Shown piece after piece: positions 10,063 to 19,735 of a DNA stretch of 53,215 nt. This DNA comes from a virus. Lineage: Duplodnaviria; Caudoviricetes. Position 1 is the first letter of the stretch, and each line of letters starts with the position of its first letter. Under the pieces are notes generated by a model, which was not told the DNA's origin, did not search any database, and saw only the letters and a program-made list of their open reading frames with translations. The position numbers were made by a program, and so were the translations under genes. The stretch covers positions 1 to 53,215 of IMG/VR virus record IMGVR_UViG_3300042924_001821; one strand, 5' to 3'.

Positions 10063-10638
10063 ATGCCAGTAACAATTAATGGAACAACAGGAGTAGTAAC
10101 ACCCGGAGCAACTATTGGATCAATCAATGGTATCTTGAAATCATCTTCTGGAGTAGTATCACAAGCAAGTGTTGGAACTGATTATTCGCAACTAACTCTC
10201 GCAACTGCACAAACCGCATCTGGAACTGCTGTTGATTTTACTGGAATCCCAAGTTGGGTGAAACGGATTACGATTATTTTAGATAGTTTATCTACTGGAG
10301 GAGCCAGTAACATTCTATTTCAAATTGGAGCATCTTCATTTGAGACAATCGGATATAACAGTTATAGCAGTACTGGTGGAGGATCTGGAACAAGCACCGC
10401 TGGTTTTATTTTACTTTTGGGAGGATCAACAACAAATCTTACTGGACATATTTTTCTATCAAAAATTAACGGAAGCACTTGGGTTTGCTCTGGTGTTGGG
10501 GCAAGTATGGCAATAAGTAACGGATTTACTTTAGGTGGTGTTAAAACAATAACTGGAACTTTAGCCAGACTTCGCATTACTACAGTAAACGGAACGGACA
10601 CATTTGATGCTGGAACAATTAACATTTCTTACGAATAA
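10063..10638 (+). CDS. Putative distal fibre/receptor-binding subunit
   Basis: ASGTAVDFTGIPSWVKRITI...FDAGTINISYE; Gly/Ser/Thr-rich; operon context. Confidence 0.65.
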   Translation: MPVTINGTTGVVTPGATIGSINGILKSSSGVVSQASVGTDYSQLTLATAQTASGTAVDFTGIPSWVKRITIILDSLSTGGASNILFQIGASSFETIGYNSYSSTGGGSGTSTAGFILLLGGSTTNLTGHIFLSKINGSTWVCSGVGASMAISNGFTLGGVKTITGTLARLRITTVNGTDTFDAGTINISYE

Positions 10639-10639
10639 T

Positions 10640-11152
10640 ATGGCAACATCACTCTCATTAGAAAACGACTCCAGCCTCGCGCAAGGGTATATCAAGGTTA
10701 ATGGCACTACTGCCGCTACGCTAACTACTAGCGGAATTACAGGGAACTTGACTGGGAATGTGACTGGTAACGCTGATACTGCTACGACACTATCTACTGC
10801 ATCTGGTTCTGCCCCATCTTATGCTTGTAGAGCATGGGTGAACTTTGATGGAACACGCGATACTACTGGTGCAGTCAGCACAGCAAATACGAATCGTTTA
10901 ATTCGTGCAAGTGGGAATGTAACAAGCGTTCTTCGGAATTCATTTGGAAACTATACAATTACTTTTACTACTGCAATGACTGACGCAAATTATTGTTTTT
11001 CATCTGCAAGTAATAGAGTTGGAACAACAAGTTTAACTGGAAATAATTTAATTTCACAAAATACTTTAAATGCAACATTTGCACTTGAGTATGGGGCATC
11101 ATTTAACGCAAACGATGCAAGTATTGTGTCTATAATAATTATCGGGAACTAA
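10640..11152 (+). CDS. Putative fibre tip subunit
   Basis: CRAWVNFDGT...NVTSV...GNYTITFTTAMTDANY; start moved to ATG 10640 after the upstream stop. Confidence 0.65.
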   Translation: MATSLSLENDSSLAQGYIKVNGTTAATLTTSGITGNLTGNVTGNADTATTLSTASGSAPSYACRAWVNFDGTRDTTGAVSTANTNRLIRASGNVTSVLRNSFGNYTITFTTAMTDANYCFSSASNRVGTTSLTGNNLISQNTLNATFALEYGASFNANDASIVSIIIIGN

Positions 11153-11156
11153 TTTT

Positions 11157-11618
11157 ATGCCAACAACAATCGACTCCGCAGGAATTACTTTTAACGATGC
11201 AACCTCGTTTACGAGTGCTGTGCTTGCCGCTAACTCTGTTGGCGCAACGCAGATTACTAATGGTTCAGTCACCGCATCCAAACTTGGCACTAACGAGCAG
11301 AAGCAGATTTGCAAAGCATGGGTGAATTTCAATGGCACTACATCGCCCGGAACAATACTTTCCAACTACAATGTTTCCAGCGTTACAAAGAATGGAACTG
11401 GTGATTATACAATTAACTTTTCAACGGCATTAGCAGACGCTAATTATTCTGTTTCTGGTATTGCAAATTCTGGATTTGGATTGTCTGTTGGATTAGCTCC
11501 AAATGCTTCATATTCATCAGTAACATTAAAAACAACATCACAAGTTAGAATAATTACAAGAGACTATGCGTCTCTTCAAGACCCTGTAAATATAAGTATC
11601 CAAGTCTTCGGAAACTAA
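11157..11618 (+). CDS. Putative fibre tip subunit, paralogue of the upstream gene
   Basis: CKAWVNFNGT...NVSSV...GDYTINFSTALADANY. Confidence 0.65.
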   Translation: MPTTIDSAGITFNDATSFTSAVLAANSVGATQITNGSVTASKLGTNEQKQICKAWVNFNGTTSPGTILSNYNVSSVTKNGTGDYTINFSTALADANYSVSGIANSGFGLSVGLAPNASYSSVTLKTTSQVRIITRDYASLQDPVNISIQVFGN

Positions 11619-11622
11619 TTTT

Positions 11623-12027
11623 ATGTTTATCACCTACCCACAACCAAACGGACAAGTAGCTATAGTCATCCCTACTGGCGATGTTAATGATGCAATCAAA
11701 GATGTTCCAGCAGGAGTAGAATACAAGATTGTTGAATCAGTTGACATTGATAACGACTACTTCAACGCATACGAGTTTGATGCTGAAACTGGCGCAAAGG
11801 TAAACATTGAGAAAGCGAAAGCTATCCATCTTGATAAGTTCCGTGCCGCTCGCGCTCCCAAACTTGCCAAGCTTGATATTGACTTTATGAAAGCAGTTGA
11901 GGCTAACGATGAAGAAAAAAAAGCTGAAATCATTGCCGCTAAACAAGCGTTCCGCGATGTTACTTTGACTCCGCTTCCAGATGACCTCGCTGGCATCAAA
12001 GCAACTTGGCCCGATATTCTGAATTAA
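11623..12027 (+). CDS. Tail fibre assembly chaperone-like protein
   Basis: RAARAPKLAKLD...KQAFRDVT...WPDIL C-terminus typical of Tfa-like proteins; follows fibre genes. Confidence 0.65.
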   Translation: MFITYPQPNGQVAIVIPTGDVNDAIKDVPAGVEYKIVESVDIDNDYFNAYEFDAETGAKVNIEKAKAIHLDKFRAARAPKLAKLDIDFMKAVEANDEEKKAEIIAAKQAFRDVTLTPLPDDLAGIKATWPDILN

Positions 12028-12032
12028 ATATT

Positions 12033-12902
12033 ATGACTCCATGCACTCCAGCCCCACCATGCGACTTGGAATATCCATTGTTCTGCGAACCCCGCGAGCT
12101 TACAGCAATCGCTAAAAGGTTGGTTGTAGAAGATTCGTCTGCTTGTGATAAGACGCTTCAGACTCCACCATCTGGTCAGGTTCTTATCTCCAACGCAAAT
12201 GGAACAATATCGTGGACTAACGGAGCGAATGATACTCTTCTACGAAAGACATCAACTGGAAGCATTGAGTTTGCTACGCTAAATAACATTCTTCAAGCTA
12301 ACCCAGTTAATCTTGGCAGCCAATCATTGACCACTACTGGAGCGATAAACGTAGGAAGTGTAACTGCTACTGGTGTAGTAACAGCGGCAAGCGTTACTCT
12401 CGCTGCAAATCCGACTGCAAATCTTGAAGCTGCAACAAAGCAGTATGTTGATACCGCTGATGCTCTCAAGCTCAATAAGGCTGGAGATACGATGACTGGC
12501 GCGCTTATTGTTAACAGCACGATAGCATCAAACAGCACCATCCTTGCTAATGGAAACTCATCCAAGATTGGATATGACACTGGTGCTGGAGGCAGCGTTA
12601 TTCAAGGCGTAGGCTCAAAAACAAATGCTGTTACTCTGAATCGTCCTACTGGAATTATCGTTACCGATAGCGCGGCACTCGCGGCCAATACTGCTGTGAC
12701 ATTCAATTTGAGCAATTCGGTTATCGCAGATACAGACATCGTTGTGGTAAGTCATGTCTCTGGCGGAACGCTTGGATCATATAACTTCGCGGTAGCTCCA
12801 GCGACAGGCAATGCTAACATTGTGATTAGGAATATCACCGCAGGAAGTTTGTCTGAAGCACTGACATTGCGGTTCATTGTAATCAAGAGTGTCAACGCAT
12901 AA
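12033..12902 (+). CDS. Virion fibre/spike protein
   Basis: PTANLEAATKQYVD...KAGDTMTGAL stalk motif; Cys/Pro-rich N-terminus. Confidence 0.65.
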   Translation: MTPCTPAPPCDLEYPLFCEPRELTAIAKRLVVEDSSACDKTLQTPPSGQVLISNANGTISWTNGANDTLLRKTSTGSIEFATLNNILQANPVNLGSQSLTTTGAINVGSVTATGVVTAASVTLAANPTANLEAATKQYVDTADALKLNKAGDTMTGALIVNSTIASNSTILANGNSSKIGYDTGAGGSVIQGVGSKTNAVTLNRPTGIIVTDSAALAANTAVTFNLSNSVIADTDIVVVSHVSGGTLGSYNFAVAPATGNANIVIRNITAGSLSEALTLRFIVIKSVNA

Positions 12903-14746
12903 TGCCAGCAGAAGGATCAGTCTTTGATGGATTCACAAGTATCATCGCGCAAGACGCAGATACTCATCCATCGTATTTGCCAGAATCTGTAGTATCAGAG
13001 TCAGTAAATAGGACATTCCGAGGCGGCATCAATCGAACAAGGCCAAGCATTCGTAACATTCCGATTGAGGTTGGCGCGGGGCAGGATGCAAATATCGTTA
13101 ACGATATTCAGAGTGGAAACTTCCAAGGTGCATATCCATATCGGGCGACTAATTTAAAAACAAACGATGGAATTCTGTTATCAGTATCTGGCGTTATCTA
13201 CTTTCTAAAGATCGTAAACAACCGTGCATTTGCCTACAAGATCATCGAAGGTAACGATCCGGGCATGATGCACACATGGTTCGTGCAAGCCGAAGATCGG
13301 GCATATATCCAAAATGGCTACCAGAATGCCATAGCATGGGATGGCGACTTAACAGTGCCAGCTTATCGACTGAATCCATACTTGGCAAAGATGCCGATTG
13401 GAACGATAATGGAGTATGCCTTCGGGCGAGTATTTGTAGCTGACAAATTCAATCAAATCTACGCTTCTGACATTATCTACGGGAATGGATTTACCGATAC
13501 CAAGAATACGGAGAACTTCACGGAGATAGGATACTGGGCAGAGGGTGGCGCGTTCTCAACTCCAGCCATGATGGGGAATATCACGGGGATGAAAGTCATG
13601 CCACAGATCGGAACTAACCTTCGCGGACAAGGCGAACTTGTAGTCCTTACAGGGAACGGAGCGTTCTCAATGGATGTGTCTATCCCAAGATCACAATGGA
13701 ATACATCGAACATCCAACGCATCTCACTCCTTGGGCGCGGATGCACATCGCCATACCTTGGACTCGCCAACTCTGAGCTTTGGTTTAGATCACACGATGG
13801 CTGGGCATTCTATTCTAATAGCCAATCTGAGTTTGCCAGATACTTCTCACTTCGTAAACTATCGAGGGAAGTGAACAAGTGGGTCGAGAATGATACTCCT
13901 TGGTTGAAGCAATTCGCTTCTACGATGTTCTTCAACAACTACCTTATTAGCACAGTTGCACCACAGACCTATCGAGCAGAAGGCGTAGAGGGACTGAATA
14001 GGTATCATAGGGGAATGGTAGTTCTCGACCTCGACCAATCTTCTTCGCCTGCACCAGATGCACAACTTCAATTTCGCTGGAATGGCATCTGGACAGGAAT
14101 CAGACCAACTCAACTTCTGACCGCATTGATAACTGGTGAGAAACGTGGATTCGGATTCTCGTTTGATGCAGACAACAAGAACCGACTTTACGAGTTCACT
14201 GTAGCCCAAGGCGACGACTACGGGCCGAATGGAAGCAGACAGATTGAATCCTTCTTCACAACTGGCAGGTATGACTTCAACCGAAGCGGGGCTACCAATA
14301 AGTTCCTCCGCAAAAAGATTACTGGTGGAGAAATGTGGATTAGTGAGATTAAGGGGGAAGTGAATAGTTCAGCCGAGTTCCGCGCAGATTCTAATCCTTG
14401 CTGGTCAGAACTGAAGGTTCCTACGACATTCGGGTGTGATCCATGCTCACCAGTAGTAACTGAATGCTTCCCGCAACGAGGAGGTAATCGCTACAAACGC
14501 TACAAGTTTAACACGCCAGACCCAAGCGAGTGCAATGACTTGGCAGGCATCCCATCGGTAGAAGGAAGCGAGTTTCAGATCAGAGTTCATTTAACAGGCG
14601 CAGCTACAGTTGATAGAGTAAGGTTAATGGCGAACATCAAGAACAATGATGACTCTCCAGTTGGTGACTGCCCCGAAGAAAATCAAGAGTGTGAACCATT
14701 TTCTTGTTGCCAAGAGAAATATTGGGAATACAATATCGTAAATTAA
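12902..14746 (+). CDS. Putative tail nozzle/DNA stabilisation protein (tubular B/gp10-like)
   Basis: 614 aa, beta-rich, located before adaptor and internal virion genes; by size and synteny. Confidence 0.55.
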   Translation: MPAEGSVFDGFTSIIAQDADTHPSYLPESVVSESVNRTFRGGINRTRPSIRNIPIEVGAGQDANIVNDIQSGNFQGAYPYRATNLKTNDGILLSVSGVIYFLKIVNNRAFAYKIIEGNDPGMMHTWFVQAEDRAYIQNGYQNAIAWDGDLTVPAYRLNPYLAKMPIGTIMEYAFGRVFVADKFNQIYASDIIYGNGFTDTKNTENFTEIGYWAEGGAFSTPAMMGNITGMKVMPQIGTNLRGQGELVVLTGNGAFSMDVSIPRSQWNTSNIQRISLLGRGCTSPYLGLANSELWFRSHDGWAFYSNSQSEFARYFSLRKLSREVNKWVENDTPWLKQFASTMFFNNYLISTVAPQTYRAEGVEGLNRYHRGMVVLDLDQSSSPAPDAQLQFRWNGIWTGIRPTQLLTALITGEKRGFGFSFDADNKNRLYEFTVAQGDDYGPNGSRQIESFFTTGRYDFNRSGATNKFLRKKITGGEMWISEIKGEVNSSAEFRADSNPCWSELKVPTTFGCDPCSPVVTECFPQRGGNRYKRYKFNTPDPSECNDLAGIPSVEGSEFQIRVHLTGAATVDRVRLMANIKNNDDSPVGDCPEENQECEPFSCCQEKYWEYNIVN

Positions 14747-14749
14747 GCT

Positions 14750-15253
14750 ATGGACAATCAAGATTCATCTCCTGCACTTACATTTCCAAATGTTCCAGAT
14801 GACTTCTGTCCAATTGGTAATTGGCAAAATGTATTTCAGCAATTCATTGATGAGGTTCTTTCCAACGGAACAATCAATGTGCCGGGTCTGGGTGATGTAA
14901 CTCCACAGCAAGTTGCTCAAATCAACCAAACTCTCGCTGACCAGCAGACGCAGATTACCGCACTTGATACGCGAGTCGATGCTTTAGAGCCAGCGATAAA
15001 AGTTCGTTATGGCACATACTCTCCACTCCTGCCAAATGACACAACATCTATCGGAATTAACTTTAGTTCCCCTCTTCCATCTGCCGTGTATGGAATCTCG
15101 TTGACTCCTTATTACGCTTCTGGGAATCCATTAACAACGCCACTTTACACTATTGTTTCACAAAACACAGCAGGATTTACAATTCGCGTTGATAGCAACA
15201 TCGCAGAAATTACGAGCTTGAACTGGATGGCGGTTCATTCTTCAACACCATAA
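14750..15253 (+). CDS. Putative tail needle/short fibre protein
   Basis: Heptad coiled coil followed by a small beta domain. Confidence 0.5.
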   Translation: MDNQDSSPALTFPNVPDDFCPIGNWQNVFQQFIDEVLSNGTINVPGLGDVTPQQVAQINQTLADQQTQITALDTRVDALEPAIKVRYGTYSPLLPNDTTSIGINFSSPLPSAVYGISLTPYYASGNPLTTPLYTIVSQNTAGFTIRVDSNIAEITSLNWMAVHSSTP

Positions 15254-15278
15254 GCCATCGCAAAGAAAAACTAAACAT

Positions 15279-15443
15279 ATGACACCACTAAAAGGAACAG
15301 AACCCAAATTAGTTTCGGGCGGCGCACCTACTCGCGGCATGATCCGTGAAGGTATGGGGAACATGAACCCACCTAACACTGGCAAGAACCCATACTCCAG
15401 CGCACCTATGCCAAAATCTGGCAAGCCCGTTGGCGGAAAATAA
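15279..15443 (+). CDS. Small Pro/Gly/Lys-rich protein (54 aa, not in ORF track)
   Basis: MTPLKGTEPKLVSGGAPTRGMIREGMGNMNPP...; A-rich leader; fills the gap in the operon. Confidence 0.6.
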   Translation: MTPLKGTEPKLVSGGAPTRGMIREGMGNMNPPNTGKNPYSSAPMPKSGKPVGGK

Positions 15444-15464
15444 TTATCGGAAACGATAATCCCT

Positions 15465-16427
15465 ATGGCTGATACCCTCGAAGAGATGGTAGAGCTTGTG
15501 AAGGGGTTTGTCGGCGACTCAGGAACGTGTTCGTATGAGCGCGGAGTTAAGGCCGTAAACCAAGCAAGGCGACTACTTTGGAACAAAAGGGCGTGGAGTT
15601 CGCAAGAAGAATACGTCCAAATCTGTTGTGTGAACGATTGCTTCACGCTTCCGGCCCGCTATGAGCAAATCAAACTTGCTTGGATCGGTGACAACTCTGC
15701 GAGCCTCGCTGATGAATGGTTCAATGCGACCAACGCTTTTGCTCTTCATGCGGATCATTCATGCCATAGGGGGATTGTAGAAGTAGGTGGACTTCATGTC
15801 CTCTTCCGCGACTACACAACGCATCCATACCAAATCGGAGTAATGGCCGAGGAAGCTGAAGACATCGGCGTAGAGTTGATGTTCGACGCGCAAGACCAGT
15901 ATGACACCTACCACAAAGTAAAGGTGACTACTGCCAATCCTCCAACGTTGGCGAAGTCTGATCTCCTTGTGAAAGGAATTCGCGCAGTCAGCAAGCCAGT
16001 AACCAAAGGAAGGATTCGCGTATATGCCTACGATACCGCATTGGAAGCAAAGACGCTGATAGCAATCTATCAACCGAACGATGCTAATCCAACCTTCCGC
16101 CGATTCAAAGCACCGAAGACCTGCGAGTGTATCACGCTCTACGCATCGAAGAAATACTTTGATCTAATCGATCCAAAGGAACTCTGCGAGTTCATCCCAG
16201 ATGCGATGATCTATGCGGTTCTTGCATTGAACTCGCGTGAGAATCGTAAGGCGCAGGAGTTCTTGAGTAACCTATCACTCGCCGTGCAAGAGCAAGAGAA
16301 AGAGATGGAGAACTTGGAGATACCAACAGCAGGGCCAATTCGCTTTGCCAACTATAGTCGAGCAGAGAACCTAATCGGGTCTGACCTATTGTCACCCTCA
16401 CCTAACGACTACTTCCTATACCGATGA
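15465..16427 (+). CDS. Putative head-tail adaptor/tail tubular A-like protein
   Basis: Helical N- and C-termini (AVNQARRLL; AMIYAVLAL); position in tail module. Confidence 0.5.
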   Translation: MADTLEEMVELVKGFVGDSGTCSYERGVKAVNQARRLLWNKRAWSSQEEYVQICCVNDCFTLPARYEQIKLAWIGDNSASLADEWFNATNAFALHADHSCHRGIVEVGGLHVLFRDYTTHPYQIGVMAEEAEDIGVELMFDAQDQYDTYHKVKVTTANPPTLAKSDLLVKGIRAVSKPVTKGRIRVYAYDTALEAKTLIAIYQPNDANPTFRRFKAPKTCECITLYASKKYFDLIDPKELCEFIPDAMIYAVLALNSRENRKAQEFLSNLSLAVQEQEKEMENLEIPTAGPIRFANYSRAENLIGSDLLSPSPNDYFLYR

Positions 16428-16912
16428 CGCTGACAATCCCAGATAAGATTGATGCAAGGAACGTAGTTGGGTATGGTGATCCAGACTACGAGCTTAACTT
16501 GATGGACTTGGAGATTCTAAAACTTCCTCCACGGGAATGTCCGTTGGTTCACAAGTTCACTCCGGGGATGTATATTCGGGAAATCTATATGCCGAAGGAT
16601 ACGATTCTCACAACCTTGCTCCATCTTACTACGCATCCATTCTTCATAATGAAGGGTGATGTGACTGTCTGGTATCATGGCATCCCTGCCCACCGATATA
16701 AAACAGGCTACAGTGGCATTACAGAAGCGGGAACAAGGCGTATGCTCTACACCCACAGAGACACAATCTGGACTACTTGCCATGTCACAGACTTGACTGA
16801 TCCAGACGAAATTATTGACACGATCACTTCCAGAGACTTTAATCCTCACATCGCCAAGGAAGACCCAAGGGTGCAGAAGTGGCGACACAATCGAACCGAC
16901 TTAATCAAATGA
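16424..16912 (+). CDS. Cupin-fold-like protein
   Basis: HKFTPGMYIREIYMPKDT...H...H..FIMKGDVTV...G..R....H.DTIWTTCH pattern. Confidence 0.55.
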   Translation: MTLTIPDKIDARNVVGYGDPDYELNLMDLEILKLPPRECPLVHKFTPGMYIREIYMPKDTILTTLLHLTTHPFFIMKGDVTVWYHGIPAHRYKTGYSGITEAGTRRMLYTHRDTIWTTCHVTDLTDPDEIIDTITSRDFNPHIAKEDPRVQKWRHNRTDLIK

Positions 16913-18009
16913 GATTTCTTCTACCAAACCCATTAGGCAACGATAAACATTCTCAGATGTTTCATACCAGCGGATTCGCTATTGCTGCTGGCGTGGTAGC
17001 TGTAGGTGCGGCAGCAGGATCGGCGGCTATCTCAATGTCGGCAGCGGATAGGGCAAAGAGAGGTCAAGGCGCAGCGGCGGCAGCATTTAAAAAACAACAA
17101 AGAGAAGCTGTTGCTGGATACGAAAAAGGTCAGAAGAAAGTTGGCAAGATGATTAGTGGGGTGCAGGTTCCTCAATATAATCTTGGAGCGATGATCGGTG
17201 ATGCTGGCAAGATTTCAGATTACTATCAACAACAACTTGAGCAATTCCAGCCCGGAGCAGCACAGCAACGCCAACAAGCTCAGACTCAAATCGGGCAAGC
17301 GATGGATGTTATTTCCAACTACCTCCGTGGAGACATCCCACAAGATGTTAAGGAACAGATCACGCGTAATGTCGCGGAGAGTGCAGGAGCAGGATTCAAC
17401 CCAGCAACAGCAGGACGTGCTGGAGGATTCCAAGCAGCACAAGGGCAGATGGCGCGTAATCTTGGACTAACTTCACTTGATATTCAAAGGCAGGGACTGG
17501 CAGCAATGCCAGCAGTTCAAAACACAGCAATGAACTGGCAGCAGTTGGCGCGAGCATTCACAGCAGACCCACTCGATGTAGGAAGACTACAACTTGGCTA
17601 CCAAACTGCCCAAGCACAAGTTGGCTTGCAAAAAGCTAAGATGACATCTGATATGTTCTCTAACATCTACAATGCTCAGTCTGGTCTTGCTACGCAAATC
17701 TACGGAGCGAATAAAGAAAACATCGCCGCAAGTTACGCTGCTCAACAAGCAGTCGGCCAAGGTGTCTCTGACATTGGTAAAGCTACCTCTGGTGCGTTGA
17801 TGGGAATGAGCGGTGCTGCTGGAATGATGGGAACATCAACAACTCCTAATGCTGGAGGATTCTATGGTGGAGAAATAGGCGCGGCCAACGCATACAAGGT
17901 AGCCCCATCACAATTATCATATCAAAAACCTACAGGTGGATTTATGGGTATTGGTGGAACCAGTGGCGGTTATTACTATGACCCATCTGGGGTATATGGA
18001 AGATCATAA
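16909..18009 (+). CDS. Internal virion/DNA ejection protein
   Basis: Hydrophobic Ala/Gly N-terminal segment, Gln/Ala-rich helices; first of three ejection-like genes. Confidence 0.6.
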   Translation: MRFLLPNPLGNDKHSQMFHTSGFAIAAGVVAVGAAAGSAAISMSAADRAKRGQGAAAAAFKKQQREAVAGYEKGQKKVGKMISGVQVPQYNLGAMIGDAGKISDYYQQQLEQFQPGAAQQRQQAQTQIGQAMDVISNYLRGDIPQDVKEQITRNVAESAGAGFNPATAGRAGGFQAAQGQMARNLGLTSLDIQRQGLAAMPAVQNTAMNWQQLARAFTADPLDVGRLQLGYQTAQAQVGLQKAKMTSDMFSNIYNAQSGLATQIYGANKENIAASYAAQQAVGQGVSDIGKATSGALMGMSGAAGMMGTSTTPNAGGFYGGEIGAANAYKVAPSQLSYQKPTGGFMGIGGTSGGYYYDPSGVYGRS

Positions 18010-18012
18010 TTT

Positions 18013-19728
18013 ATGTCTATCGCAGAACTCATAATGACAGGAACCAATCGCGCATCGGAATCTACCGCATGGGTTGGAGATTCTTTGGCTAAACTTGGTC
18101 AGAATGTAGGACAAGCGTTAGCTCAACGCGAGCAGCAGAAGCAAGCGCAGGAGATGCTACCATTCTTGCAGCAGAGTATGCAGGAGTCGATGACACTTGC
18201 TGGACAAGGACAGACTGGCGAGGCGTATGCGAAGTTGATGCCGTTTATTACAAACCCATCGGTGATAAATAATCCAAATTTGTTGCTGCCAATAGAAACG
18301 GCACTAAAGTTAAATGAAAAAGCAGCGAATGACTTCTTGAGGCAGAGACAAATTAACGCATATCAAAGTCGTTCTTCAAGAAAATCGGCAGGTGGATTTG
18401 AAGTTCCTTCATTTGAAGAAATGGATGATTCTACTTCATTGGTTGATGCGAATGCGCCAGTCGAAGTGGACACAACTGTTGGAGGATATTATGATATTTT
18501 AGATAAACAAAATGCAGAAAATCTTCCACAAAATCAACCTCGTAGATTTACTGCTGGATTGAGAGATGAACAAACTCCGTTTTCATTTGGAATGGAAACT
18601 GGAAACGTATCATTATATATTGCTGATGAGGAAACAAAAAATAAAGCTGTATCTGCAATTCAAGACTATAAAACATATACACCAGATCAAAAATCTGAAG
18701 TTGTAGGAAAAATTGTTGATACAAGCAATCAACCTCCAGCAGATAATATTAGAGTAGACATACCGGGATTTGGACAAGGCTTTATTACAGGGCCATCAAT
18801 GGCAAGAGCGCAAGAGGTTACTGGAGTTAAACGAACTCAAAAAGTTTCTCAAAAATCTGGGCTTGAAAGACAAGAAGAAAAAACATACGGCCAAAAAGAA
18901 AAGACTCAAGATCAACTTGCATTTGAAGGATTTGCTCAAAACATTGGTGTAGCCTCATCAATGTTCAAACAAAATAAACAACTCCGTGATATTATGGAGA
19001 TGGCTGGTGGTGATATTACGCAAATCACAACTGACGATGATGTGGTTGAAGATGTAAATGGAAAACAAGTTCCAGTTAAAAGAGTTTTTGTTAAGGGTCA
19101 AGATGCTGGAATGCTTTCTATGGAAAGACCAATGGGTGCTGATGGCAAGCCAGACCCTCGTAGAATGAGTGAAGCCCAAGCTGTTGAAACTATTATTGAT
19201 GCGCCGGGATTGATTGAGCGATTTGGATGGAAATTCTACCCACAACAAGGCGAAAAACCAGCAGCGAAAGCTTCAACGGAATTGCAAGCTGGAATACCAG
19301 CAAATCAACTTACTACTACCGCTCCTCAAATCCCAGAAGAGGCAATGGCTCTACAAAAGATAGTTGAGCAAGGACAAGCCGCTAAAGCTGGAGAAACAGC
19401 CAAGAATGTTGAAGCGCGGATTAAGGATATTGACGCACAAATCAAGCGGTTGGGTTCTACAACTATTGAAAGAGGAGGTCGCCTTGCGTCTGAAGGAAAT
19501 ATACCTGCAAGAAGTAAAACATCAGAAGAAGCTCAAGCTGACATTCAAAAGATTACACAACTTAAAACTGAAAGAGAATTGCTATTTGCCAAAACAGAAA
19601 AAGCATATAACGCTGCAAAATCTGAAGGTCGTGTATTTCAAAATGCTGACGAAGTGAAATCCAGCAAAAAGAAATTTCCTGCTGGAACGATTATTTATAT
19701 TGGCAGAGAGCCAGCAAAAGTGAAATAA
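18013..19728 (+). CDS. Internal virion/ejection protein
   Basis: 571 aa helical, Gln-rich; synteny. Confidence 0.55.
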   Translation: MSIAELIMTGTNRASESTAWVGDSLAKLGQNVGQALAQREQQKQAQEMLPFLQQSMQESMTLAGQGQTGEAYAKLMPFITNPSVINNPNLLLPIETALKLNEKAANDFLRQRQINAYQSRSSRKSAGGFEVPSFEEMDDSTSLVDANAPVEVDTTVGGYYDILDKQNAENLPQNQPRRFTAGLRDEQTPFSFGMETGNVSLYIADEETKNKAVSAIQDYKTYTPDQKSEVVGKIVDTSNQPPADNIRVDIPGFGQGFITGPSMARAQEVTGVKRTQKVSQKSGLERQEEKTYGQKEKTQDQLAFEGFAQNIGVASSMFKQNKQLRDIMEMAGGDITQITTDDDVVEDVNGKQVPVKRVFVKGQDAGMLSMERPMGADGKPDPRRMSEAQAVETIIDAPGLIERFGWKFYPQQGEKPAAKASTELQAGIPANQLTTTAPQIPEEAMALQKIVEQGQAAKAGETAKNVEARIKDIDAQIKRLGSTTIERGGRLASEGNIPARSKTSEEAQADIQKITQLKTERELLFAKTEKAYNAAKSEGRVFQNADEVKSSKKKFPAGTIIYIGREPAKVK

Positions 19729-19735
19729 TCAACCT

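Noticed and set aside
1806-10127. Antisense and alternate-frame ORFs ([13 protein letters not shown] types) over collagen and Gly-rich genes
   Set aside because: Shadows of the repetitive G-X-Y codons, which lack stops in other frames
10640-11618. Diversity-generating retroelement TR/VR pair in paralogous tip genes
   Set aside because: No reverse transcriptase, and the copies are too diverged with no adenine-specific pattern
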